Below, piece after piece: positions 54,247 to 63,671 of a stretch of DNA of 64,000 nt. Origin of the DNA: Rickettsiales bacterium (lineage in GTDB: Bacteria > Pseudomonadota > Alphaproteobacteria > Rickettsiales > BLZN01); contig BLZN01000136.1 in NCBI GenBank assembly GCA_014132315.1, positions 10,654 to 74,653 on the forward strand, read 5' to 3'. Under the pieces are notes generated by a model that was not told the origin of the DNA, ran no database searches, and saw only the letters and a list, made by a program, of their open reading frames with translations. Both the position numbers and the translations under genes were made by a program. Position 1 is the first letter of the stretch. Every line of letters begins with the position of its first letter.

Positions 54247-54634
54247 GTCTTTGCTAATTCCTTATAAGCCTTGCTTAGCCTCATTTTTGGAGGCTCTGAA
54301 ATTTCTAACTGGCTACCCTCTTAAATTTAAAAACTATTTATTACCAATGACTTATTTGGTTCCCGAATTCTGATTGGGTGCGTTCATTGCATCCTCCTTA
54401 ATTTGAAATTCCAGCACAATTTTTGATAGCCCTATAAGGTTTTTGCGCTTTCTTATGCTTTTTGTGGTGAACATCCAAATAGTTTTATAAAAGCACCGGC
54501 TGTTTGGTTTTGAAGCTCGTCCCTATCCATTCTTTTCAGGAATGCTTCTTTTTCCGCTATATCAGAATCCATGATTGTTTGAAGTTCGGGTTGATTAAGT
54601 TTTTTACTATCTTTTTAAGGGTAGATTGCCAATT

Positions 54635-54976
54635 TCACCACGCCTTTGTGCAGCCACAGCTAAACTCAAGGCAAATGATCTTCCATAGCAGCCCCTTTGC
54701 TCTTGCCCAAATAAGGCTCCGTTCCTTAGCATCCACTCTCCATTCAAGCGTTTTTTTCATCTTGGATATATCGGGAGCAGGTGATCTGTAAACAAGCAGG
54801 GTGGATTCTCGCTCATCCAGCTCTTCTTGAGAATACAGAATATCAGGCCAGGCGTTGAAATAGCCTTTTACTTTTGCCGATGGCAAATGCTTGATAGTCT
54901 GTATTGCTTTTTGGAAAGCATAAGCAACTTCGTCTGCATCGCATCCAACAGTTATGGATTGGTTTTTATTAGTCAT
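54635..54976 (-). CDS. Phage-type small protein with degenerate C-terminal HTH, probably truncated by a frameshift
   Basis: Strong SD (AAGGAGG) 6 nt upstream. ...PDISKMKKTLEWRVDAKERSLIWARAKGLLWKIICLEF then runs out of frame where relatives carry an HTH. Family assignment is from memory of methylase-adjacent phage proteins. Confidence 0.45.
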   Translation of the reverse strand: MTNKNQSITVGCDADEVAYAFQKAIQTIKHLPSAKVKGYFNAWPDILYSQEELDERESTLLVYRSPAPDISKMKKTLEWRVDAKERSLIWARAKGLLWKIICLEFSCGCTKAW

Positions 54977-55140
54977 ATTAAGCCTCCTTGTTTTGGTTGG
55001 CGGAGACCGAGTGTTATGTCTTGTCTGGCTTAGAATATGCCCAAAATGGGTGTTTATAGGCTTTGTAGCAAAAAACCAGAGGAGGCTTATATTTATACAA
55101 ATACAGCTTCTTTTTCACTCTCATTGCACCTCTGATCAGA

Positions 55141-55950
55141 TCACTGACTACGTTCTAAATTTATTGAAAACACAGCTTCAGATGTAGCAACTCTTTTTGA
55201 GCTATCACCAGCGAACTTGCTATGTCTACTCATAGAACTATAGTTTCCTACTCCTTCATATAATTCATGAATGCTTGGATGATCTGCATTAGTGATAACG
55301 ATAAAAACACTCCTGTCTTTTGCCTGTTTTACAGCCTCTGCTAGTCTGACTTGGCCATACCTGCTGAATATATTTTATTGTATTTAACAAATCCATTGTA
55401 ATTATGTTTCGCCGTGTATGGTGGATCTATCAACAGAAAATTATCTTCATCCGTTTTGTCCATAGTTTCTTCAAAGTCTGCGCTTCTAATTTCTGCATTC
55501 TCCAGAATTTTTACAATTTCAGAAAAGCTTCCACCTTTAAAAATTACCCTGTCTTTTGTTCCAATTGGAACGCTGAAACCTCCCTTCATATTAACCCTGT
55601 AAAGCTCATTCCAACATGTTCTGTTTAAATGCGAGAATTATACTGCTTTGTTAACGTCATTGCGGTATTTTCTTGCCCTTATTTCGTAATAATAATCTTT
55701 GTTATGTTTTTTCTGATGCTCTTCTGTGATTTTATAAAGGTCATCAGGATAATCTTTCATAACATTACAGAGAGATATCAAATCATTATTTACATCTGAC
55801 AAAACGCCATGTTTTAGCTTTAAGCGAAAGAAGGCAGCACTGCTGTTCAAAAAAGCTCATAATAGCTTTTATGATCTTTCGGAATCGGCAGTAAGCTTTG
55901 CTGTACAGGCCATCTTTTACCACCTGCCCATTTTAAGAAAGGGGATGCCA
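55141..55950 (-). pseudogene. Dam-type N6-adenine DNA methyltransferase, multiple lesions
   Basis: MASPFLKWAGGKRW...YYELF* (stop); FFRLKLKHGVLSDVNNDLISLCNVM...; NRTCWNELYRVNMKGGFSVPIG; FLLIDPPYTAKHNYNGF (DPPY); VFIVITNADHPSIHELY. At least three frame breaks. Confidence 0.8.
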
Positions 55951-57770
55951 TAGCCGGTTACTTCTATCTAGTTTAGGAATAAGTTCTGAATTGAGCCGGT
56001 CTACAAATTCAAGCTCTTCATCTGTATATGTTCTTAAGGAGCTTGGATGTGCTGCGATTTTTCTTAAATCATTGAATTTACCTATCCGGCCGGCGCAGTA
56101 TTTCTTATCCTTTTGCTCTTCCGGCATAGGTAGGCTGAAAGTATTTTTAAAATAGCATCCAGTTATTCTTTTGCTGAATAATTTCTTTTAGAACCATGAT
56201 GCCCAAATAAGCTTTTTTTGTTTCATGCGCTTTGAGGAATTTTCCTGTTGTTTTTTGTAAGCATGCGCTTTGATCGCTTTTTTCTCAATCCCGTTCTGCC
56301 AATAAGCTGCATCTCCAGAAGGCAACATTTGTCTTCCATGGACAACTTTTAGGGCATCTATAATAAAACCTATCATTTTCCGGGGTGTTTCCATGATAAA
56401 ATTGCTGGCTTCTCTAGTTGTTTCAGAACTTCTTTTTTTAGATATTCCTTAAACTCATCAGAGCCAAAATCACTTATTTGATCATGGATAATCTCATATA
56501 AATTGCATGTGTATTCCTTTACGCCGCCTTCACAAAACTTGCACGAGATTTTTCCCTTTATATCTTCATCGCTAGCTTTTTTTACGTACTCAAAAATCGG
56601 TCTTGCAACGCGCGCAACTTCTTTATCAATTTCCTCAGGTGACAGCTGCATGAAATCGAGTGCTTTTCTAAGTTCTAAGTATGTAATAATTTCATGCAAC
56701 AGCATTAGCTGTGCTTGAATGCCGGGATTTGTACATATAGCCATCTTTTCCATCTTCCCGCTGTTTGGGATGCGCCTGCATAATACGTTCAAAATAGCTA
56801 TTTAGTATAATTCGTGCCCGTTCGATTGTTTTTTCATCAGTTGCATCACATAAGCGCCTTTTAATAAGTTGACCATTCACGATTTTTCCCAGAAGGTCAG
56901 GGCCCATAAAACTATTAACAGCTTCTGATATCGTAAGATTTTGATATTTTTCTGCAGGTATATCCGTAACACCAAGCCTTCTAAAAAGAGAGCCGGCTTT
57001 GTCATTACTCAACACTCTTACCAAAGCAGAAGCCAAAGCATTGAGAGCTGTTTTTCAGATCTTTGTCTCCTAGATTAAGATCAGCAAGCAATGCTACTAA
57101 TAAACTTTTAGGAACGCTTCTTGCTTATGGTTAATATTAATGAAGAGATTTGCCTCTTTAATGGTATTCATTTTATCAAATGCCAAAACACATAAGCTTT
57201 GATCTAAAAAATTATCATCTATTTTAGAGTATCCATACAGTCGGTGTTGGCCGTCAATGACTCAAGCAGAACAATACTTCGAAGGAAGTGTTGTACAGCC
57301 AAATTTTATATTTTGATCCGTATTTTCCTTATTAGAGATCAAATCAAATTTTGGGTGTTTCATGAATTTCATGATCAAGTTTGTTAGAAAGAGACCTCCA
57401 TTTTCTATGTATTTTCCTATTTCTTTTAACCTTCTTGGAGAAATCATGCGTTGATAAGTTGGGCGCCCTTCAGGATTGTTCAAAGCATGATGATTGACGT
57501 ATGATATCTTTAATAATTGCCGAGGAGCTACAACAAAGCTGTGAAAGGTTTCACCAAAAATTTTGCCGTGTACAGCTGGGATTTTGTAGTTTTCATAATA
57601 GGGATTTTTTGATCACGCAGCAAATCGTCAAGTAACTGAAATTTTCCAGCAGAGCCCATATGCTTAATGAACATTTCATAATATTGAAGTGCATTCTCAG
57701 CTAGAATGACAATATTCCGTTCAGAAGCTCTATGAATGTCGGACTCTGACCAAATAATATTGTTGTCCAC
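55933..57770 (-). pseudogene. DGQHR-domain (ParB/DndB-like) protein with C-terminal Rx4H HEPN-like region, disrupted
   Basis: GRPTYQRMISPRRLKEIGKYIENGGLFLTN...SA*VIDGQHRLYGYS (in-frame TGA; DGQHR codons at 57241-57255), then several frameshifts. The tail is KFNDLRKIAAHPSSLRTYTDEELEFV. Confidence 0.75.
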
Positions 57771-57853
57771 ATAAGCCCATATAATTTTATTTTTCTACCA
57801 AAGCGATCAAAAATGGATTTTCTGATGTAATCTTATAGAAGAATTTTTGTTAA

Positions 57854-58135
57854 TTATAGGTAGTATTCGTTTACGTAAAACCCTATCTCTATCATATATG
57901 GCAGATCGTTTATTTCACAATAATTAGTACTCATTGTTTCATATACAACTTTACTAGTATTAGTCGTAAAGTAATGACCATCGTCAGTAAATCCACGGGT
58001 AAATTCACAAGGAGCTTCATAACCTTTGTACATTTCATCGATCTTGGGTTTGACTATCGCACTGATATCAAAATGCCCCTTTGTAGAATTACAAAAACCC
58101 ATTTGTTTTTCAGTTCTTGATGTTTTATTTGGCAT
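57854..58135 (-). CDS. Intact 93-aa orphan ORF inside the decayed island
   Basis: Uninterrupted ORF with a strong SD (AGGGAGGAC) 5-8 nt upstream of the ATG. I recognise no motif. Confidence 0.5.
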   Translation of the reverse strand: MPNKTSRTEKQMGFCNSTKGHFDISAIVKPKIDEMYKGYEAPCEFTRGFTDDGHYFTTNTSKVVYETMSTNYCEINDLPYMIEIGFYVNEYYL

Positions 58136-58258
58136 TTTTTAGTCCTCCCTTTTTGTTGTGTTATTTTTTTAATCCAAAATAGCTATAAACTCCTAAATTT
58201 TGTCCAAGCCACCCACTACTTTGGTGAAAGTTAATATATTATATTTTTAGGAGTTGTG

Positions 58259-58770
58259 TCAAGCAATGGTCTCCGGTATATCTTTTTGAAGAGCTTGTCT
58301 TACTCCTTTTTCTTTTAGCTTACATTCAACAACAAAAGCTGTTTTCTGATCACAGGAAAATACATCTATTTGCTTCTTGCTAGTCTTTCCATGCTTTTTA
58401 TCGAGCTTAATGACAAAGTTTTCGCTGTTGAGGTTTTTCCGTATCCCATTTTATGAAGTAAGCACCAAAAATGATCTTCGAGCAGAACATCGTGTGACTT
58501 TGGTGTCTTCATACCTGTTTTGGTTTTTCTTTGAATTTCCCAGCCATTTTCTTCGCATTCCGGAACGCCGGCCTTGTGAATACTTTTCTCAATAAATTTT
58601 TTGTTTTTTACACGATATAGCTTTTTCTGCTCTTGAGTTCCGACAGATAAAGGAGAGAAAAACTTTTTATTACTTTCTTTGTATATATCGATGCTTATTT
58701 GACCGGGATTCAACTCAGGTATTTTTGTAAAATTATTTTTTTGTTAACTATCCGGTTTGATTTTACTCAT
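58259..58770 (-). pseudogene. PD-(D/E)xK restriction-endonuclease-like gene, disrupted
   Basis: MSKIKPDS* (in-frame TAA at 58744-58746), then ...LLEDHFWCLLHKMG, a frameshift, then ...KKQIDVFSCDQKTAFVVECK (D...ExK core), truncated soon after. Confidence 0.6.
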
Positions 58771-59107
58771 AAACTATAAAATCTTATAGTTAAAAGTTGC
58801 AGAAGACTCAGGCTTTTTAAATGTGTGCGCTAATCAATTTAAATCCTGAAACCAGGCTCAAACTTATTTTTTTTAAATAGGTCGCCCAAACTGGTATTGT
58901 AAGTTCCTGAGCCCGTATTGGCAAGTGATTCCTGAGCCAGTATAGCTGGATTTTTCTGACCAAGAATCTCTACATCGCTTTATTTATGGGACTTCCAGTG
59001 GAAGCCGACAATCAACATATACCTTTCTTTTGAGGCTCTGAAATAGTCCGGTAAAGACAGCAATATCTTCATTTATGAATTTTTTCATAGCTTGTTTAAT
59101 AATTTTT

Positions 59108-61222
59108 CTAGTGTGATGGCAGATCACTCTTATTAGTATTGCGCATCTCTTTAGAGCTGCCTATGCGCCCTGCCCATGATTTTTCTGGCGGTGTCTCTGA
59201 GTCTGAGTGCATTTTTTGTGTTTCTGGAATTGGTGTTGCCTCTTCCGCAGGATCATTTTGCTGTTCCTTGTCCGGATGCTCAACATGTGTCTGTTTCAGT
59301 CCAAGCATTTCACTTAATATTTCTGAATCTAGGTATGAAACCTCCCCCAGTGATACGCTGTGAGCCAATTCAGGACGAGATTTAAATTCAAATTTTATAG
59401 CGAGATTTATTAAAAAATTTTTGATTATCTCGATCCAAGAAGGCTTCGGCAACAAACCATTCTCTTTTAATGCATCGGTACCGCAAAATATAGCTAGTTT
59501 TACAGCATTTAGCGCATTATGCTCAATATTCATCAGTGGCACTCCTGCCATGTTCCTGGTCTTTAGCAGGCTTTGAATAGCCGTCTGATGCTCTTCTGAG
59601 TCTAGACCTAGAATAAATTTTTGTGTGTCTATATTATATGCAATTTTTATTGAATCGAGCAGCTGGCGTATTTGCTCATCTAGCACACCCAGATTTGCCG
59701 ACAGCTCCTGTGGTGTTTTCTGTTTTGCCAGGGTCAAGATATTTGTTACTTGCTTTTCTAGTCTTTTTATGGCTGATAATTCCCGCTCATCCTTTGTTAG
59801 ATATTGCCTTTCGAGCTCAGCAACAGAGTCTTGAGTATTCCTAATGTCGGCTTTTATTGCTTTTTCAAGCCACGATTTGCTCTGCTCCTCTTGTTCGCTT
59901 GATAATCCATATAATCCACATAATGCTGACAATTTCACCTGCTGTTTTTCAAGTTTTTGTAGCTTGTTCTCTATTTCCATTGCTGCATTTTCTATCTCCT
60001 CAAGCTCTCTGATTAAATTTTCTTTAAGATCCTGATGTTTTTCCTTAGGCTTCTCAGGCTCCTCGCCTTCCTTGTCCTCTAAAATTTTCAGTCGGCTTCT
60101 ATATTCCATAGCTCGCGCTGATAAGGGGGCAATTTGCCGCTCTTTTGTTGCTATCTCCCTCTCTTTTCTTTGTATGCGCTCATTATAATCTACTAATATT
60201 ACATCTTTTATATATTCTTTGCTTCCTTCGCTATCAAATTCTTGCAATGGTGCCGTCATTTTTATTTCCCAGTCCTCGTGTTCCTTGTAGAGCTTTTGCA
60301 GTTCACGTTCTAATTGCTTTTTATTGTCCTCCAATATTTCTATTTCGCTTTCAATTTTCCTTAATTCCGATTTGTTTTTTTGGATTTCTTCGTTCTCTTT
60401 CTTGGTCTCATACTTCTCTATCTCTCTACTATCAGTGTCTCGAGACATTCCTCGTCTTAAATCTCGCGCTTTGCTCAGCAGGCTCTCTGAGCTTCCCTTC
60501 AAAGCTTCGTATGCATCATCGTAGATCTGCCCTTTTATTGCTTTTTCTATGACCTCATTAACAGTTGACTGCGCTGAAATACTATCAACACCGAGCACTC
60601 TTGCTTTAAATTTCGCTATTGCCTCTTCTGATAGCAGCTTAGAGATCTCCTCCGGTGCTAAGCTGGAGATTCCGGGTAGAATATTTTCGCTGAAGCTATA
60701 TTCTGTATATTCTGGCTGCTTTTCTTCTGGGTTAACCTGATATTCTTTGCCATAAAGGGCTGTAAGCATTAATTTAGCTGTGTTATTGAGCTTGAACTTG
60801 CCGGAGATCCTGTCTTTAAAGTTGCGCTCCTTTCTGTCTTTCATTCGAGCTAGCTTGCACAGCTCCTTCCAGGCTTTTTTTTCTTTTATTTCTATGCCAG
60901 TAACAATTTGCCAATATTCATCAATTTTAACTTCTAAGATTTCTGCTATATGCTTATTAATAAATCCTAATATTTCCCTATCTAGATGATCAAAATATTT
61001 TTCTTCGAGAGCTTTTTTGTCTGTCACCGGCTGATCAGAGTCTAGCTCTTCTTGTATTAGCTTTTGCGCTGAGATATTTAATATCTGTTGCGTTACATAG
61101 CTTAAAGAGTCATCCCCTTGGATTATTTCATTAAACTTTCTGTCTCTTTCAGAGATCTTTTGCCTGCCTTCGAATGCCAGCCTATAAGCTGTCTCCTCTA
61201 ATGTAATTTTAGGACCATCCAT
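59108..61222 (-). CDS. Large acidic coiled-coil orphan protein
   Basis: 704-aa uninterrupted ORF with long E/K/Q-rich heptad-like tracts (e.g. KNKSELRKIESEIEILEDNKKQLERELQKLYKEHEDWE). No TM segment and no enzymatic motif that I recognise. Confidence 0.6.
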   Translation of the reverse strand: MDGPKITLEETAYRLAFEGRQKISERDRKFNEIIQGDDSLSYVTQQILNISAQKLIQEELDSDQPVTDKKALEEKYFDHLDREILGFINKHIAEILEVKIDEYWQIVTGIEIKEKKAWKELCKLARMKDRKERNFKDRISGKFKLNNTAKLMLTALYGKEYQVNPEEKQPEYTEYSFSENILPGISSLAPEEISKLLSEEAIAKFKARVLGVDSISAQSTVNEVIEKAIKGQIYDDAYEALKGSSESLLSKARDLRRGMSRDTDSREIEKYETKKENEEIQKNKSELRKIESEIEILEDNKKQLERELQKLYKEHEDWEIKMTAPLQEFDSEGSKEYIKDVILVDYNERIQRKEREIATKERQIAPLSARAMEYRSRLKILEDKEGEEPEKPKEKHQDLKENLIRELEEIENAAMEIENKLQKLEKQQVKLSALCGLYGLSSEQEEQSKSWLEKAIKADIRNTQDSVAELERQYLTKDERELSAIKRLEKQVTNILTLAKQKTPQELSANLGVLDEQIRQLLDSIKIAYNIDTQKFILGLDSEEHQTAIQSLLKTRNMAGVPLMNIEHNALNAVKLAIFCGTDALKENGLLPKPSWIEIIKNFLINLAIKFEFKSRPELAHSVSLGEVSYLDSEILSEMLGLKQTHVEHPDKEQQNDPAEEATPIPETQKMHSDSETPPEKSWAGRIGSSKEMRNTNKSDLPSH

Positions 61223-61347
61223 ATTTCCTCTGAAAATAATGAGTTATATTTATTTAAATTTTAATAAAAAGAAATAAAATATTCCTTAAAAATCCTCTTA
61301 TTGTATGATAGACTTTTATGTTGATTATATATAGGTATGCAGCAAGA

Positions 61348-62214
61348 ATGAAAATTTATCATGCGCTCCTAGCAACCCTTGTAGCTTTTTTATGGGGATT
61401 TAATTTCGTTGCAGCCAAGATATTATGTGCTGAAATACCCGTATTTTTCTGGCTTACTTTGAGATATTTGATGGTGACCGTGGTGCTGGCGCCAATCTAT
61501 CCCAAACCTCCCGTCTCGATTAAATCTATATTAATGATGAGCCTGGTGTTTGGCGCACTAAACTCCGGCATGCGCTTTGTTGGCATGCGCTTAGGTCTAG
61601 ATGTATCTTTGGCTGTTGTGGTTGATAAGTTAAGCGTGCCGCTTTCCGTGTTATTAAGCCTGATGTTTTTGGGCGAAAAAGTTCGTTGGCGGACAATACT
61701 CGGAATTATTATCTCCTTATCTGGAATCTTAGTGCTGACAAAAACACCGGCAGCGATTAGTAGCTTTTTGGGTTTTTTGCTGGTCGCGCTAGGGGCGCTT
61801 GCTTGGGCGATATATAATCTGCAAGTTAAGATAGCAACGCCTAAGAACAGCAATGCTCTGCTGGCTTGGGTGAGTTTGGTGGCCTCATTAATGCTTGGAT
61901 TGATGTCTGCAGCCTTTGAGCAAGGACAATTCAAAGCTATATCAGATGCCAGCTTCGCCGCTCATTTGGCCTTGCTTTACACTGGTTTGGGCTCAATATT
62001 GCTGGGTCATTGCGTTTGGTATTATCTGCTTTCGCAATATAGCCTGGGCAGCGTGGCGCCATTCTCTTTGCTAGAGCCAATCTTTGGCATAGCAAGCGCG
62101 GTAATTATTCTAAATGAGAGGCCGGAACTACAGATGTTAATAGGCTCTGCCATTACCATTATGGGCGTTGCCATAATTGTTATCAGAAGACCTCAGCACG
62201 CAAGAACACGCTAA
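61348..62214 (+). CDS. EamA/DMT-superfamily transporter
   Basis: About 10 TM segments in two EamA halves. Starts MKIYHALLATLVAFLWGFNFVAAK. ATG 61348 preferred over the track start. Confidence 0.75.
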   Translation: MKIYHALLATLVAFLWGFNFVAAKILCAEIPVFFWLTLRYLMVTVVLAPIYPKPPVSIKSILMMSLVFGALNSGMRFVGMRLGLDVSLAVVVDKLSVPLSVLLSLMFLGEKVRWRTILGIIISLSGILVLTKTPAAISSFLGFLLVALGALAWAIYNLQVKIATPKNSNALLAWVSLVASLMLGLMSAAFEQGQFKAISDASFAAHLALLYTGLGSILLGHCVWYYLLSQYSLGSVAPFSLLEPIFGIASAVIILNERPELQMLIGSAITIMGVAIIVIRRPQHARTR

Positions 62215-62259
62215 CTAACGCTAATTTTTATATCAATTCTTTATATTATAAATCAAGTA

Positions 62260-63480
62260 TTATATTAACATACTAACTGGATTCTCGATATATTCTTTAA
62301 AAATTTTCATAAAATTGGCACCTATCGCGCCGTCGATTATGCGGTGGTCGCAAGATAAGGTAGCGGTCATTAGCATAGCGACCTCTATTTTTTCTCCCCT
62401 GGCCACCGGCCTTTTCTCACCCTTGCCTATGGCCAGAATGGCTGATTGCGGGGGGTTTATAATCGCAATAAAGCTCTTGATGCCATACATTCCGAGGTTT
62501 GATACGGTGAAGCTCCCGCCTTCAAATTCCTCCGGGGTTAATTTATTTTCCTGTGCCTTGCTAGCTAGGTGCTTGATTTCGCTTGAGATCTGTGAAATAG
62601 ATTTCTGGTCGGCGTTTTTGACTATGGGGGTGATCAGGCCATCTTCAATCGCCACGGCAAACGAGATATCAATGGCGTTGTTTTGCATGATCTGTTCCTC
62701 GCCCCATGAACAGTTCATCTCCGGCAGCCTAGCGATGCTTAGTGCTGCAGCCTTGATTATCAGGTCATTTACGGTGATTTTGTGCTCACCATTTTCATTG
62801 ATCGCAGATTTTAATTTGAGCAAACTATCAATCTCGCAGTCGATTGTTAGATAAAAATGGGGTATATTTTGCGTTGACTCAAGCAGTCTCTTGGCGATTG
62901 CCTTGCGCATTTTGCTAATCTCCTGCCCCGCAACCTCCCTTTTCTCTGCTTGGATTGGCATTTGCGACATTATATCATCCTTAACAATCCTGCCATAAGG
63001 GCCGCTGCCAGATATTTTGCTAAGATCTATATTCTGCTGTGCCGCGATACGTCTTGCCAGCGGGCTTGCTTTGATGCTCCTCATCTCAGGAGGCTTATTG
63101 TTGCTTTTGTTGCCCTTATCAGGATCGATCGCAGCGGTTTTGGTTTCGGCTTGTGCAGCGCTTTGCTCCTGAGCAGCGGTCTGTGGTAATTCTTGAGATT
63201 CTTGAGTATCATCCTCCGCGATGTCTGCCTTTGTTTCTCCTTCTTCCAGCATAATTCCTATAGGCTTACCAACCGGAACATTTTCAGTGCCTGCAGGCAC
63301 GGTTATCTTGGCCAGGGTGCCTTCATCTGCTGCTTCTAGGGGCATCACCGCCTTGTCTGTTTCGATGTCTAGAATTTCCATGCCACTAGAAATAACATCG
63401 CCTTCCTTAATTTTCCATTCAACTATTTTACCTGATTTCATGGTGGGAGACAGTGCAGGCATAAGTATTTTTATTGGCAT
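62260..63480 (-). CDS. pdhC: Pyruvate dehydrogenase E2, dihydrolipoamide acetyltransferase
   Basis: 406 aa. Lipoyl domain MPIKILMPALSPTMKSGKIVEW...IETDKA, E3-binding ASPLARRIA and catalytic DHRIIDGA. Confidence 0.9.
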   Translation of the reverse strand: MPIKILMPALSPTMKSGKIVEWKIKEGDVISSGMEILDIETDKAVMPLEAADEGTLAKITVPAGTENVPVGKPIGIMLEEGETKADIAEDDTQESQELPQTAAQEQSAAQAETKTAAIDPDKGNKSNNKPPEMRSIKASPLARRIAAQQNIDLSKISGSGPYGRIVKDDIMSQMPIQAEKREVAGQEISKMRKAIAKRLLESTQNIPHFYLTIDCEIDSLLKLKSAINENGEHKITVNDLIIKAAALSIARLPEMNCSWGEEQIMQNNAIDISFAVAIEDGLITPIVKNADQKSISQISSEIKHLASKAQENKLTPEEFEGGSFTVSNLGMYGIKSFIAIINPPQSAILAIGKGEKRPVARGEKIEVAMLMTATLSCDHRIIDGAIGANFMKIFKEYIENPVSMLI

Positions 63481-63671
63481 ATTTTCCTCATTGCTATTTT
63501 AGATTATTTTGCATTTTACAAATTTTTATTATTTTTATACAACTCTTAAACATAAAAGAAGATTTGTATTTTATATAGCATTTAGTATCTTTTTTTAATA
63601 GATTTTTGTTCTGATTTTAGCTAAATTTATTGTTCTGCTCTAAATTAGCATCAAAAGGAGAATTCAGGTTT

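Larger units (their letters stand above)
54250..59045. mobile_element. Decayed restriction-modification/defence-type island next to tRNA-Gln
   Basis: Consecutive minus-strand gene remnants (nuclease, DGQHR, Dam, HTH). Bounded by a 13-nt exact direct repeat, gaggctctgaaat, at 54290 and 59031. Confidence 0.45.
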
